The notes: a model not told the origin generated them from the letters alone. A DNA stretch of 64,000 nt from an uncultured Pseudomonadota bacterium (GCA_963749075.1 CAVVLJ010000020.1:288001-352000), one strand, 5' to 3'. Positions 18,176 through 28,109 are shown, counted from the first letter of the stretch. Made by a program: numbers and translations.

Positions 18176-19275
18176 CGATCCAATCGGGAACGCCATCACG
18201 CTCCGGCGCTGCTCTCCGTGGTGAACCGGTGCTGCGCGGCCGCGCCGCCCGTCTCGGCGTGGTCGAACGCTATCTCTCGCTGTGGGTCGCTCTCTGCATC
18301 GTGGCCGGCATTGCGCTCGGACGCTTCTTGCCGACGCCCTTCGCGATCCTCGGCAGCAGCACCGTGGCACAGGTCAATCTGCCGGTGGCCGTGCTCGTCT
18401 GGCTCATGATCGTGCCGATGCTGCTCAAGGTCGATTTCGGCGCGCTGCATCAGGTGCGGGAGCATTGGCGCGGCATCGGCGTAACGCTCTTCATCAATTG
18501 GGCGGTCAAGCCTTTCTCGATGGCGCTCCTCGCCTGGATTTTCATCGCTCATCTCTTCGCGCCCCTGCTGCCGTCGGACCAGCTTTCCTCCTACGTCGCC
18601 GGCCTCATTCTGCTCGCAGCGGCACCCTGCACGGCGATGGTCTTCGTGTGGAGCAATCTGGTCGAGGGCGAGCCGCACTTCACGCTCAGCCAGGTAGCGC
18701 TCAACGACGCCATCATGATCGTCGCTTTTGCGCCGCTCGTCGGGCTTCTGCTTGGGCTTTCCGCCATCGCCGTACCGTGGCAGACACTGTTCCTCTCGGT
18801 GCTGCTCTATATCGTGGTGCCGGTGATCGCAGCACAGATTTGGCGCCGCGGCCTCCTGGCGCATGGTGGTGCCGCACGTCTCGCGGCCATGCTCAAGCGG
18901 CTTGGGCCGGTCTCGCTCGCGGCACTGCTGGCGACGCTCGTGCTGCTCTTCGGTTTCCAGGGCGAGCAGATCCTGAGGCAGCCGCTGGTGATTCTGCTTC
19001 TGGCGGTGCCGATCCTTATCCAAGTCTACCTGAACGCTGGCCTCGCCTATTGGCTGAACCGGACGCTCGGTGTTGCCCATTGTGTCGCCGGACCCTCGGC
19101 CCTCATCGGTGCCAGCAATTTCTTCGAGCTTGCCGTTGCCACGGCGATAGCGCTCTTCGGCCTCAACTCCGGTGCCGCACTCGCGACCGTCGTTGGGGTG
19201 CTCATCGAGGTGCCGGTGATGCTCTCGGTCGTTCGGATCGTGTCCGCAACGAAGGGTTGGTACGAGCACGCCTGA
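18172..19275 (+). CDS. acr3: ACR3-family arsenite efflux transporter
   Basis: ERYLSLWV, NWAVKPF, APCTAMVFVWS, GASNFFELAVA; GTGA overlap with arsC (start approximate). Confidence 0.95.
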   Translation: MTIQSGTPSRSGAALRGEPVLRGRAARLGVVERYLSLWVALCIVAGIALGRFLPTPFAILGSSTVAQVNLPVAVLVWLMIVPMLLKVDFGALHQVREHWRGIGVTLFINWAVKPFSMALLAWIFIAHLFAPLLPSDQLSSYVAGLILLAAAPCTAMVFVWSNLVEGEPHFTLSQVALNDAIMIVAFAPLVGLLLGLSAIAVPWQTLFLSVLLYIVVPVIAAQIWRRGLLAHGGAARLAAMLKRLGPVSLAALLATLVLLFGFQGEQILRQPLVILLLAVPILIQVYLNAGLAYWLNRTLGVAHCVAGPSALIGASNFFELAVATAIALFGLNSGAALATVVGVLIEVPVMLSVVRIVSATKGWYEHA

Positions 19276-19312
19276 GGAAGATCGAGCGACGCTGCTGCGC
19301 TCGCTCCCTCGA

Positions 19313-20593
19313 CTACCCTTCCCGCGAGACGCCCCCGGTCCGATGCGACATAAGGCGCAGGACAAGTGATAAAAGAAGGTTCGAAAGCGCCAAAGCAACG
19401 AGGATCATGAGAGCCGGCCTGGGACCCTTATCCGCGAGGACCAATGCCACGGCGGCGGGTGCGATCGCCTGAGCCAAGAGGTTCGAGAAGGCGTAGCGGC
19501 CGAGAAGCGGGGCATAGCCGACGGAGCCGAAGAAATGGAGAGGCAGCGTGCCGCGGACGATGGTCGCCACGCCATTGCCCGCTCCGTAGCAGATGACGGC
19601 CGCGGCCACGATCGCGACATTGCCCGGCAAGAGCATAGCCACGCCGAGGAAGACGGCGAGGCTGGTGGCGACCGCGGTCCACACCGGATGGAAATAGCGG
19701 CCGAAGGCGATCTGCAGCAGCCGCCCGCCGACCTGGGACGGCCCCACCATGGCGCCGTAACCGACCGCCGCCGCGAGTCCCAGACCCAAGCCCTGAAGGA
19801 TCGCGAGGAGATGCACGGAGAGCACCGACGAGATGCTCGACTGCAGCGTGAACATGGCGCCGAGCAGGACGACGAGCAGCAGTCGCATGCGGCGGTCGAG
19901 CATGCCCGCGGCGCCGGGCTCGCTCTCCGCCACGGCTTCTGGACTTTCGTCCTCGCCCGCCGGCGCCGGCCGCGCCGGAAGCAGCAGGAAGTGCATCGGC
20001 AGCCCCAAGAGGACATGCATTCCGGCATAGACGAGACAGGCGCCGCGCCAGCCCAGGCTCTCGAGGAGAAGCGTGCTCAAGGGCCAGGCAAAGGTGCTGG
20101 CAAAACCGCCGATCAAGGTGAGGTTGACGATGAGGCCCTTGGCCCGGCGCCCGTAGATGCCGACGAGCGTCGAGAAGGCGGCATCGTAGAGCCCGGCCGA
20201 CATGCCGACGCCGAGAAGCGCCCAGGCGGCGAAATAGAGGACCGGTCCGCGCGCGAGGCCGAGGCCTGCGAGCCCCAGCGCCAGGGCCAGGGAGCCGAAG
20301 GAGAGCACCTTGCGGCCGCCGAGGCGCTCGATGGCGCGGCCGACGCGCGGCGAGACGAAGCCGGCGACGAGGAGGCCGAGCGAGAGGCCGGAGACCACCT
20401 CAGTGAGCGGCCAGCCGGTATCCGCGGCGATCGGCTTCGCCAGCACGGCGAGGAGATAATAGGACGAGCCCCAGGCGAGGCACTGCGTGAAGCCTAGGAT
20501 GGCGATGACCGCGGCCTTGCCGCCCTGGCGTGGATGCCACGCAAGGCTTCGCCGCGAGGCTGTCGCTTCCGTCAGCTGTCCGCTCCGCTGCAC
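19313..20593 (-). CDS. MFS transporter, ArsK-like
   Basis: About 12 hydrophobic segments, TQCLAWGSSYY, LYDAAF, GGFAST, GPSQVGGR; GGAGGGAG RBS before GTG. Confidence 0.8.
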   Translation of the reverse strand: MQRSGQLTEATASRRSLAWHPRQGGKAAVIAILGFTQCLAWGSSYYLLAVLAKPIAADTGWPLTEVVSGLSLGLLVAGFVSPRVGRAIERLGGRKVLSFGSLALALGLAGLGLARGPVLYFAAWALLGVGMSAGLYDAAFSTLVGIYGRRAKGLIVNLTLIGGFASTFAWPLSTLLLESLGWRGACLVYAGMHVLLGLPMHFLLLPARPAPAGEDESPEAVAESEPGAAGMLDRRMRLLLVVLLGAMFTLQSSISSVLSVHLLAILQGLGLGLAAAVGYGAMVGPSQVGGRLLQIAFGRYFHPVWTAVATSLAVFLGVAMLLPGNVAIVAAAVICYGAGNGVATIVRGTLPLHFFGSVGYAPLLGRYAFSNLLAQAIAPAAVALVLADKGPRPALMILVALALSNLLLSLVLRLMSHRTGGVSREG

Positions 20594-20619
20594 GCCCCTC
20601 CCTCCGGCCAAGGCTCGGC

Positions 20620-21978
20620 TCAGCAGCAGCCCTTGGGCTCGGCGGCGACGGCCGCGGAAGAGGCGCCGCAACAGGGAGCGGCGCCAAGAGGCACCGCGGC
20701 ATTCGGCGCCCTCGGCCGGGACGGCCTGCTGACGCAGACCCCGGTCTCCGGAAGCTTGAGCTCGACCCGGGCTGCAGCCTCGGCATCGCCGGTCAAGGCG
20801 GCGACGATGGAGCGCACCTGCTCGTACCCCGTGGCGGCGAGGAAGGTCGGTGCGCGGCCGTAGCTCTTCATGCCCGCGATGTAGAAGCCCGGCTCGGCAT
20901 GGGCGAGCTCCTCGGCTCCATGCGCGCGTACCGTGCCGCAGCTGTGCAGGTTCGGGTCGATGAGCGGTCCGATCCGGCCGCTGCTCTCGAGCCAGGGATC
21001 GAGGGAGAGGCGGATCTCGCGCAATGCCGAGAAGTCGGGCCGGAAGCCCGTCGCCACCACGAGCTCGTCGGCGAGGAGGCGTCCCTCCCGGCCGCCATGG
21101 TCGCCGGAGACGGCCAGCCGGCCGTCCGCTTCCCGCGCGATGCGCGCGATGCGGAAAGGTGTCACGACACGGACGGCGCCGCTTTCCACGAGCTCGCGCG
21201 CCTGGCTGCCGAGGGCGCCTCTCGCCGGCAGGGCGTCCGCGGCCTCGCCGCCGAATGCGGCTTCCATGTTCTCCTTGCGCATGATCCAGAGGATGCGCGT
21301 GGCGGGCGCCTGCTCCGCGAGCTCGGCAAGCTCGATCAGCGTGTTGAGCGCCGAGTGTCCGCCGCCCACCACCATGGTCGTCTTGCCGGCGTAGCGGCCG
21401 CGGAGCCGGCCGAGCACGTCGGGGATGCCGTAGAAGATGCTGCCGGCCGCCTCCTTCTCGCCGATGGCCGGAAGCCCGTCGGCCCCCGCGGGATTGGGCG
21501 AATTCCAGGTGCCCGAGGCGTCGATCACGGCCTTGGCCTCGAGAGCTTGCATCCCGCCATCGGAAGTCTCCACGCGGAGGACGAAGGGGAGCTCCGCGCG
21601 CCCCGCCGTGCGCACCTTGTCGCATCCCTTGCGCGTCACCGCGACGACCCGGGCGCCCAAGCGGATATGCGGACGGAGGGCGGGCAGTGCCGCGAGCGGA
21701 GCGAGGTAGCGCTCGACGAGCTCGCCGCCCGTCGGGTTCTCGCCGTTCGGCGGGTGGCGCCAACCGGAGGCCGCCAAGAGCTCGACGGCGGCGCCGTCGG
21801 TATTGAGATCCCAAGTCGTGAACATCGGAACATGCTGCCATTGGCGGACGTTGTGCCCGACGCCTGAGCCGGCCTCGAGGACGAGCGGCGTCTCGCCGCG
21901 CGCTATCAGCCGGGCGGCCGCCGCCAGGCCGACCGGTCCGGCGCCGATGATGGCAACGGGGAGGCGCTTCTCCGTCAT
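20620..21978 (-). CDS. flavin-dependent monooxygenase, ArsV-like
   Basis: GAGPVG and GGGHSA dinucleotide motifs, HSCGTV, GMKSYGRAPTFL, Cys-rich tail ending GCC. Confidence 0.8.
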   Translation of the reverse strand: MTEKRLPVAIIGAGPVGLAAAARLIARGETPLVLEAGSGVGHNVRQWQHVPMFTTWDLNTDGAAVELLAASGWRHPPNGENPTGGELVERYLAPLAALPALRPHIRLGARVVAVTRKGCDKVRTAGRAELPFVLRVETSDGGMQALEAKAVIDASGTWNSPNPAGADGLPAIGEKEAAGSIFYGIPDVLGRLRGRYAGKTTMVVGGGHSALNTLIELAELAEQAPATRILWIMRKENMEAAFGGEAADALPARGALGSQARELVESGAVRVVTPFRIARIAREADGRLAVSGDHGGREGRLLADELVVATGFRPDFSALREIRLSLDPWLESSGRIGPLIDPNLHSCGTVRAHGAEELAHAEPGFYIAGMKSYGRAPTFLAATGYEQVRSIVAALTGDAEAAARVELKLPETGVCVSRPSRPRAPNAAVPLGAAPCCGASSAAVAAEPKGCC

Positions 21979-22004
21979 CGTCGTTTCCTTTCTGGAACAG
22001 TCCG

Positions 22005-22355
22005 TCATGCCCGTGCGGCGCGTCTCGGCCGCGGAGCCCGCAAGTCGGCTCCCGTTGCGGCCGCTCTGCTCCTGCGGCCGCAACAATTCTCGGTGAGATA
22101 GCCGATCAAGGCGTTCATGCCGTCGAAGTCTGCGGAATAGATGAGCGAGCGGCTCTCGCGCCGCTGCAGCAGCAGGCGCGCCCGCAGCAGGTGCGCGAGA
22201 TGGAAGGAGAGCGACGAGGTGGGCACCCCGAGGCGATCCGCGATGGCACCTGCCGCAAGGCCCTCGGGGCCGCTCTCGACAAGAAGGCGGAAGATCGCCA
22301 GGCGGGTCTCCTGGGCGAGCGAGCCGAGCGCGCTTATGGCCTGACGGGTCTGCAT
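22005..22355 (-). CDS. arsR: ArsR-family repressor with only a CC pair (arsR2)
   Basis: ETRLAIFRLL, SLSFHL, YLTENCCG; GGGAGG RBS. Confidence 0.9.
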   Translation of the reverse strand: MQTRQAISALGSLAQETRLAIFRLLVESGPEGLAAGAIADRLGVPTSSLSFHLAHLLRARLLLQRRESRSLIYSADFDGMNALIGYLTENCCGRRSRAAATGADLRAPRPRRAARA

Positions 22356-22394
22356 CGCGGCGCACCTCCCGATCTCATCCGTGCGCCTTTTAGC

Positions 22395-22422
22395 ATTTCT
22401 ATATTTCCACGTATATAGAAAT
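22395..22422. promoter_or_regulatory. inverted-repeat operator of arsR2
   Basis: ATTTCTATAT-N8-ATATAGAAAT perfect 10-bp arms in an AT-rich patch. Confidence 0.7.
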
Positions 22423-22506
22423 AATGAGGCGGCGAACTTGCACTGGCGGTCCCGGGTGCCGCCACCGTCGAAGCGCCGGCCTCGCCGTGCTATCCTCGGC
22501 GCCGCC

Positions 22507-23220
22507 ATGGCGAGCGATGTCGTCGATCTCCACGAGTTCTATCGCACGAGCCTGGGCCAGATGGCGACCCGGCTCATCCGCCGGCGCTTGCGCCGCATCT
22601 GGCCCTCGCTCGGGGGCGAGCGCCTGCTCGGCTCAGGCTACGCGGTGCCGTACCTGCGCCCCTTCCTCGAGGAGGCGGAGCGGGTGCTCGCCTTCATGCC
22701 GCCCGGCCAGGGAGTCATGCACTGGCCGCTCGGCGAGCGGAGCCTGGTGGCGCTCGCCGACGACGCCGAGCTGCCGCTCCCCGATCTCTCGATCGACCGC
22801 GTGCTCCTGGTGCACGCCCTCGAGCACAGCGAGCAGCCCTCGGCCTTGCTGCGCGAGCTCTGGCGCGTGCTGCGCGACGGCGGGAGGCTCCTCGTCGTGG
22901 TGCCCAACCGGCGCGGCATCTGGGCGCGGCTCGACCGCACGCCCTTTGGACAGGGACTGCCCTATACCCTCGACCAGCTCTCCCGCATGCTGCGCGACAA
23001 TCTCTTCACGCCGGTGCAGTCCGCGGTAGCACTCTTCATGCCGCCGACCGCGCGCCGTTTCCTCCTCGCCTGGGCGCCCGCCTGGGAGGGGGTCGGCGAG
23101 CGCCGCCTCGAGACCTTCGCCGGCGTCGTCATGATCGAGGCCGCGAAGCAGATCTACGGCGGCGCCTTGGCGCGGCCCGAGCGCAGGCGCCGCCGCGTCT
23201 ACCTGCCGATCCCGGGCTGA
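22507..23220 (+). CDS. class I SAM-dependent methyltransferase-like protein (YafS-like)
   Basis: DVVDLHEFY..LG, DRVLLVHALE, PNRRGIWAR, TPFG.G.PY. Confidence 0.85.
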   Translation: MASDVVDLHEFYRTSLGQMATRLIRRRLRRIWPSLGGERLLGSGYAVPYLRPFLEEAERVLAFMPPGQGVMHWPLGERSLVALADDAELPLPDLSIDRVLLVHALEHSEQPSALLRELWRVLRDGGRLLVVVPNRRGIWARLDRTPFGQGLPYTLDQLSRMLRDNLFTPVQSAVALFMPPTARRFLLAWAPAWEGVGERRLETFAGVVMIEAAKQIYGGALARPERRRRRVYLPIPG

Positions 23221-23222
23221 GC

Positions 23223-23852
23223 CTAATCCTTGCGCAGGAGGAAGATCGCCTGCTCGTCGACGAGGTTGGCGAGTGCGCGCGGCGTGCTCGAGCGCCGCGT
23301 GCCGCCGCGCCGGTCGATCGAGACGCTGCCGAGGATGCCGATGCCGAGCTCGGCTGTGAGCGCCATGAAGTCCGCGATGGTGCAGGGATGGATGTTGGGC
23401 GTGTCGTACCAGCGGTGGCTGGCGCCGTTGGGGATCGTGATGCGGCCGCCCGAGAGCAGGCTCAAGCGCAGGCGCCAATAGCCGAAGTTCGCGATCGACA
23501 CGATGGCGTGCCGGCCGATGCGCACGAGGTCGAGGAGCACGCCCTTGGGATCGCCCATGGCCGGCAGCGTCTGGCTCAGCACGGCGTAATCGAAGGAGTG
23601 CCGCGGATAGTCCTTGAGGTCGGTATCGGCATCGCCCTGGATGACCGAGAGGCCGTGGCTCACGCAGGCATTCACGCCGGCCTGGCTCAACTCGATGCCG
23701 CGCCCGTCGACCCCCTTGGCATGGCCCAGGTAGGCGAGAAGGGCGCCGTCGCCGCAGCCCACGTCGAGCACGCGCGTCTCGGGCTCGATCATGTCGGCGA
23801 TGAGCTGGAGGTCGAGCCGGAGCGGACCCGCCCCCCGCTGCGGCTTGCTCAT
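23223..23852 (-). CDS. metW: methionine biosynthesis protein MetW
   Basis: VLDVGCGDG, LSQTL, WYDTPNIH; downstream of metX. Confidence 0.93.
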   Translation of the reverse strand: MSKPQRGAGPLRLDLQLIADMIEPETRVLDVGCGDGALLAYLGHAKGVDGRGIELSQAGVNACVSHGLSVIQGDADTDLKDYPRHSFDYAVLSQTLPAMGDPKGVLLDLVRIGRHAIVSIANFGYWRLRLSLLSGGRITIPNGASHRWYDTPNIHPCTIADFMALTAELGIGILGSVSIDRRGGTRRSSTPRALANLVDEQAIFLLRKD

Positions 23853-23865
23853 TTCCACGGCCGCC

Positions 23866-25050
23866 TCATGGCCAGCTGAGGCCGATCTGCTCGGCGGCAC
23901 CCGCGAGGAAGCCGCTCAAGGTCGCGAAGAACTCGGGCTCGTCGAGGAGGAAGGCGTCGTGGCCCTTGTCCGAGCGCACCTCGACGAAGCTCACGTTGGC
24001 CGCAACCGAGTTCAAGGCGCGCACGACCTCCTTGCTCTCGGGCGTGGGAAAGAGCCAGTCGCTCGTGAAGGAGATCACGCAGAAGCGCACGGGCGTCGCC
24101 TTGAAGGCGTTGGCGAGGACGCCGCCGTGCTCCAGCGCCAGGTCGAAATAGTCCATGGCGCGCGTGATGTAGAGATAGGAGTTGGCGTCGAAGCGGTCGA
24201 CGAAGGTGCTGCCCTGGTGGCGCAGATAGCTCTCCACCTGGAAGTCGGCGTCGAAGCCGTAGGTGACGCTGAGCCGGTCCTGCAGGTTGCGGCCGAATTT
24301 GCGGTGGAGTGCTGCCTCCGAGAGATAGGTGATGTGCGCCGCCATGCGCGCGACCGCCAGCCCGCGGTGCGGCACCTTGCCGCGACGCAGGTAATCGCCC
24401 TCGCACCACTCGGGGTCCGCCATGATCGCCTGGCGGCCGACCTCGTGGAAGGCGATGTTCTGCGCCGAGTGGCGCGCCGCCGTCGCCACCGGCACGGCGG
24501 TGACCAGGCGCTCGGGATAGCTCGCCGCCCATTGCAGCACTTGCATGCCGCCCATCGAGCCGCCGGTGACGCAGAACAGCTTGTCGATGCCGAGATGGTC
24601 GACCAGCAGCTTCTGGGCGCGCACCATGTCGGCGACGGTGATGACGGGGAAGGAGAGGCCCCACGCCTCGCCCGTCGCCGGGTTGATCTCCTTCGGGCCG
24701 GCGGTGCCCATGCAGCCGCCCAGCACGTTGACGCAGATGACGAAATAGCGCTCGGTGTCGATGGTGAGCCCGGGCCCCACCATGACGTCCCACCAGCCCT
24801 CGCGCCCGGTCACGGGATTGATGCCGGTGGCATACTGGTCGCCGGTGAGCGCGTGGCAGGCGAGGACGGCGTTCGAGCGGGCGGCGTTGAGCGTGCCGTA
24901 GGTCTGGTAGGCGATGGTGAAGGGTCCGAGCTCGGCGCCGGAATCGAGCTTGAAGGGCCGGTCGCGGCCGAACTCGGCACTTTGGCCCGGACGGGCGCGC
25001 GCTGCAGCCGGCGCTGGGGAATCTTGAACGGCCATTCCTTGCCTGCCCAT
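23866..25050 (-). CDS. metX: homoserine O-acyltransferase
   Basis: [26 protein letters not shown]; start approximate. Confidence 0.95.
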   Translation of the reverse strand: MGRQGMAVQDSPAPAAARARPGQSAEFGRDRPFKLDSGAELGPFTIAYQTYGTLNAARSNAVLACHALTGDQYATGINPVTGREGWWDVMVGPGLTIDTERYFVICVNVLGGCMGTAGPKEINPATGEAWGLSFPVITVADMVRAQKLLVDHLGIDKLFCVTGGSMGGMQVLQWAASYPERLVTAVPVATAARHSAQNIAFHEVGRQAIMADPEWCEGDYLRRGKVPHRGLAVARMAAHITYLSEAALHRKFGRNLQDRLSVTYGFDADFQVESYLRHQGSTFVDRFDANSYLYITRAMDYFDLALEHGGVLANAFKATPVRFCVISFTSDWLFPTPESKEVVRALNSVAANVSFVEVRSDKGHDAFLLDEPEFFATLSGFLAGAAEQIGLSWP

Positions 25051-25175
25051 GGTCTCCGCGGCGCTCCCGCGAGCGGGGGGGTAGTTGGGGTGCAAGGGGG
25101 CCAACTGTCAATGTTTTCTTTGATTTCGCGGGGCGCTGCCAGTATGACTATGCGGCCCGCGGAGAGCCACACCCC

Positions 25176-26096
25176 ATGAACATGCAGCATCCTATTCGCT
25201 CACTCGAGGAGCTCCGGCGCGAGATCGACGCCATCGACGACGGCATCCACGATCTCGTCATGCGGCGCGCCGCCCTGCTCTCCGAGATCGCGGCGGCAAA
25301 GGATGCCGGCGGGGCCGCGGCCGGCGCCTTCCTGCGTCCCGGCCGCGAGGCGGTCGTGCTGCGCCGCCTCATCGCGCGCCACAGAGGACCGTTCCCCAAG
25401 GCGGCACTGGTGCGCCTTTGGCGCGAGATCATGGCGGGGCCGCTCTTCGTGCAGGGCTCCTTCTCGGTTGCCGTCTATGCGCCCAAGGAGCAACCCGGCT
25501 ACTGGGACCTGGCGCGCGATCATTACGGCAGCACCGTCCCCTTCGCCGCCTACACCACGCCCGGCCAGGTCATCCGCGCGCTCGGCGAGGGCCGTGCCGT
25601 GGTGGGCGTGCTGCCGGCCATAGAGGACGACGATACCGACCCGTGGTGGCGGCTCCTCGCGCGCGAGGGCAAGGAGCGTCCGCACATCATGGCGCGGCTC
25701 CCCATGGCGGCGAGCCGCAATGCGCGCGGCGAGGGCCTGGCAGCGCTGGCCGTAGGCCCCGTGGCACCCGAGCCGACCGGGCGCGACCGCAGCTATCTCG
25801 CGCTCGAGACGGCCGAGGAGCTGAGCCGCGCAGCACTCGGCGCGCAGCTCGCCAAGGCCGGCCTCGAGCCGTGCTTCTACGCCCTGTGGCAGGAGCCGGG
25901 CGCGGGGCGCCGCCTCATCCTCGCCGAGGTCGGCAGCTTTGCCGCCGAGGACGACGCGCGTCTCGCCGAGTTCGCGAGCGCCATGGGCGGGCGCGTGCGC
26001 CGCGTCTTCTCGCTCGGCGGCTACGCGCTGCCGTTCGACGCGAAGGAGCTGGCCGCCCAGCCGGACGCGGGCCTTTCGGAGGCGGGAAAGCCGTGA
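25176..26096 (+). CDS. chorismate mutase domain protein (alphaproteobacterial type)
   Basis: LEELRREIDAID, RPGREAVVLRRL, WREI; upstream of hisC. Confidence 0.85.
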   Translation: MNMQHPIRSLEELRREIDAIDDGIHDLVMRRAALLSEIAAAKDAGGAAAGAFLRPGREAVVLRRLIARHRGPFPKAALVRLWREIMAGPLFVQGSFSVAVYAPKEQPGYWDLARDHYGSTVPFAAYTTPGQVIRALGEGRAVVGVLPAIEDDDTDPWWRLLAREGKERPHIMARLPMAASRNARGEGLAALAVGPVAPEPTGRDRSYLALETAEELSRAALGAQLAKAGLEPCFYALWQEPGAGRRLILAEVGSFAAEDDARLAEFASAMGGRVRRVFSLGGYALPFDAKELAAQPDAGLSEAGKP

Positions 26097-27184
26097 ACGC
26101 TCTCGCACCCAAGCCGGGCATCCTCGAGATCGAGCCCTATAGGGGCGGCGAATTGTCCGTCGCCGGCGCCGGCCGCATCGTCAAGCTGTCGTCGAACGAG
26201 AACGCGCTCGGCCCGAGCCCGCGCGCCGTCAAGGCGCTCGAGGCCGCGGCGCGCGAGCAGCACCGCTACCCGGACGGCGCCTCCGAGGCCTTGCGGGCGG
26301 CACTCGGCCGCCGCTACGGGCTCGATCCCGAGCGCATCGTGTGCGGCGCCGGCTCGGACGAGCTCATCACCCTCCTGACGCGCGCCTTTGCCGGCCAAGG
26401 GGACGAGGTGCTCTACAGCGAGTATGGCTTCCTCATGTACCCGATCTCGGCGAAGGGCGTGGGTGCGGTGCCGGTCGCGGCACCCGAAACCGGCCTGCGC
26501 GCGGACGCGGCGGCCCTCCTCGCCCGCGTGACGCGGCGGACGCGCATCCTCTTCCTCGCCAATCCCAACAACCCGACGGGGAGCTACGTCGCGAGGGACG
26601 CGGTGGCCGAGCTCCATGCCGGCCTGCCCGGGGACGTGCTTCTCGTCATCGACGCGGCCTATGCGGAATACGTCAAGCGCAACGACTACAGCGCCGGCGC
26701 CGAGCTCGTCGAGGCGCACGGCAATGTGGTGATGACGCGCACCTTCTCGAAGATCTACGGCTTGGCGGGCGTGCGCCTCGGCTGGGCCTATTGCCCGCCC
26801 GCGGTGGCCGACGTGCTCAATCGCCTGCGCAACCCGTTCAACGTGACCGCACCCGCGCAGGCGGCGGGCCTGGCCGCCCTCGAGGACATCGCCCACGTGG
26901 ACGCCTCGCGCGCCAGCAACGACGTGTGGCTGCCCTGGACCACGGCGGCGCTCGCGGGGATCGGGCTCCAGGTGGCGCCCTCGGTCGGCAACTTCGTGCT
27001 CGTGCGCTTTCCCGGCGAGCGCCGGCGCAACGCCGATGCCGCCTACGACTTCCTCGCCGCGCGCGGCATCATCCCGCGCAAGATGGGCGCCTACAAGCTG
27101 CCCCATAGCCTGCGCTTCACGGTGGGCGCCGAGGACGAGATGCGGCTCGCCGTGGCGGCGCTCGCCGAATTCATGGGCCGTTAG
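26093..27184 (+). CDS. hisC: histidinol-phosphate aminotransferase
   Basis: KLSSNEN, ANPNNPTG, RTFSKIYGLAGVRLGW; GTGA overlap. Confidence 0.95.
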   Translation: MNALAPKPGILEIEPYRGGELSVAGAGRIVKLSSNENALGPSPRAVKALEAAAREQHRYPDGASEALRAALGRRYGLDPERIVCGAGSDELITLLTRAFAGQGDEVLYSEYGFLMYPISAKGVGAVPVAAPETGLRADAAALLARVTRRTRILFLANPNNPTGSYVARDAVAELHAGLPGDVLLVIDAAYAEYVKRNDYSAGAELVEAHGNVVMTRTFSKIYGLAGVRLGWAYCPPAVADVLNRLRNPFNVTAPAQAAGLAALEDIAHVDASRASNDVWLPWTTAALAGIGLQVAPSVGNFVLVRFPGERRRNADAAYDFLAARGIIPRKMGAYKLPHSLRFTVGAEDEMRLAVAALAEFMGR

Positions 27185-27186
27185 CG

Positions 27187-28075
27187 GTGCCGACGAAGCC
27201 GCTCTTCGCGCGCGTAGCACTCATCGGCATCGGCCTCATCGGCTCCTCGCTCGCGCGGCGGATGAGGCGCGACGGGCTCGCCGGGCAAATCGTCTGCTGC
27301 GCCAAGAGCGAGCGCAGCCGCAGGACGGCACTCGCACTCGGCATCGTCGATGCCGTCTACGAGCGGCCCGAGGAGGCTGTGGCCGAGGCCGACCTCGTCG
27401 TGCTGTGCACGCCGCTCGGCGCCTATGCGGCAGTCGCGCAAGCGATCGCACCGGCGCTCGCCCCCGGCGCCATCCTCACGGACGTTGGCTCGGTCAAGGA
27501 GCAGGCGATCGCCCAGATCGGCCGCCACGTGCCCGCGGGCGTGCATTTCGTGCCCGGCCATCCGGTGGCCGGCACCGAGCATTCGGGCCCCGAGTTCCGG
27601 CTTCGCCGAGCTCTTCGACGGGCGCTGGTGCATCTTGACGCCGCCGCCGGGCACCGACGAGGCGGCGGTCGAGAAGCTCGCCGAGCTGTGGCGGCGCTGC
27701 GGCATGAACATCGAGCGCATGGATGCCAAGCATCACGACATCGTGCTCGCCATCACCTCGCACCTGCCGCACCTCATCGCCTACTGCATCGTCGGCACCG
27801 CCATGCATCTCGAGGAGCTGACGAACTCCGAGGTGATCAAGTTCGCGGCCGGCGGCTTTCGCGACTTCACGCGCATCGCCGCCTCCGATCCCGTGATGTG
27901 GCGCGACGTCTTCCTCAACAACCGCGAGGCGGTGCTCGAGCTGCTCGGCCATTTCACCGAGGACCTGACGGCGCTCCAGCGCATGGTGCGCTTCGCCCAG
28001 GGCGACAAGCTCGAGGAGTGGTTCACGCGCACGCGCGCGGTGCGCCGCGGCCTCATCGAGGCCAAGCAGGCGTAA
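27187..28075 (+). CDS. tyrC: cyclohexadienyl (prephenate/arogenate) dehydrogenase, +1 frameshift at ~27595
   Basis: GIGLIG, DVGSVK, HPVAGTE in one frame; HD..LAITSHLPH, GFRDFTRIA in the next; extra T in GAGTTCCGGC. Confidence 0.85.
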
Positions 28076-28095
28076 GCCGGCCCGCCGCGCCGCAT

Positions 28096-28109
28096 TTGAG
28101 CCAGGTCAA
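28096..28109. promoter_or_regulatory. FNR/FixK-type box
   Basis: TTGA-GCCAGG-TCAA, 70 bp upstream of the adh ATG. Confidence 0.6.

Larger units (their letters stand above)
3540..22450. mobile_element. arsenic genomic island (boundaries approximate, no integrase or att sites seen)
   Basis: Contiguous aio, pst, pho and ars genes separating gloB from the yafS-like methyltransferase. Confidence 0.65.

Noticed and set aside
19313-21841. 842-aa ORF suggesting a giant MFS protein
   Set aside because: N-terminal half is an off-frame read of the monooxygenase gene; the MFS has its own RBS and GTG at 20593
25051-25175. SAM riboswitch upstream of metX
   Set aside because: Short spacer holding divergent promoters; no SAM-II-like core recognised
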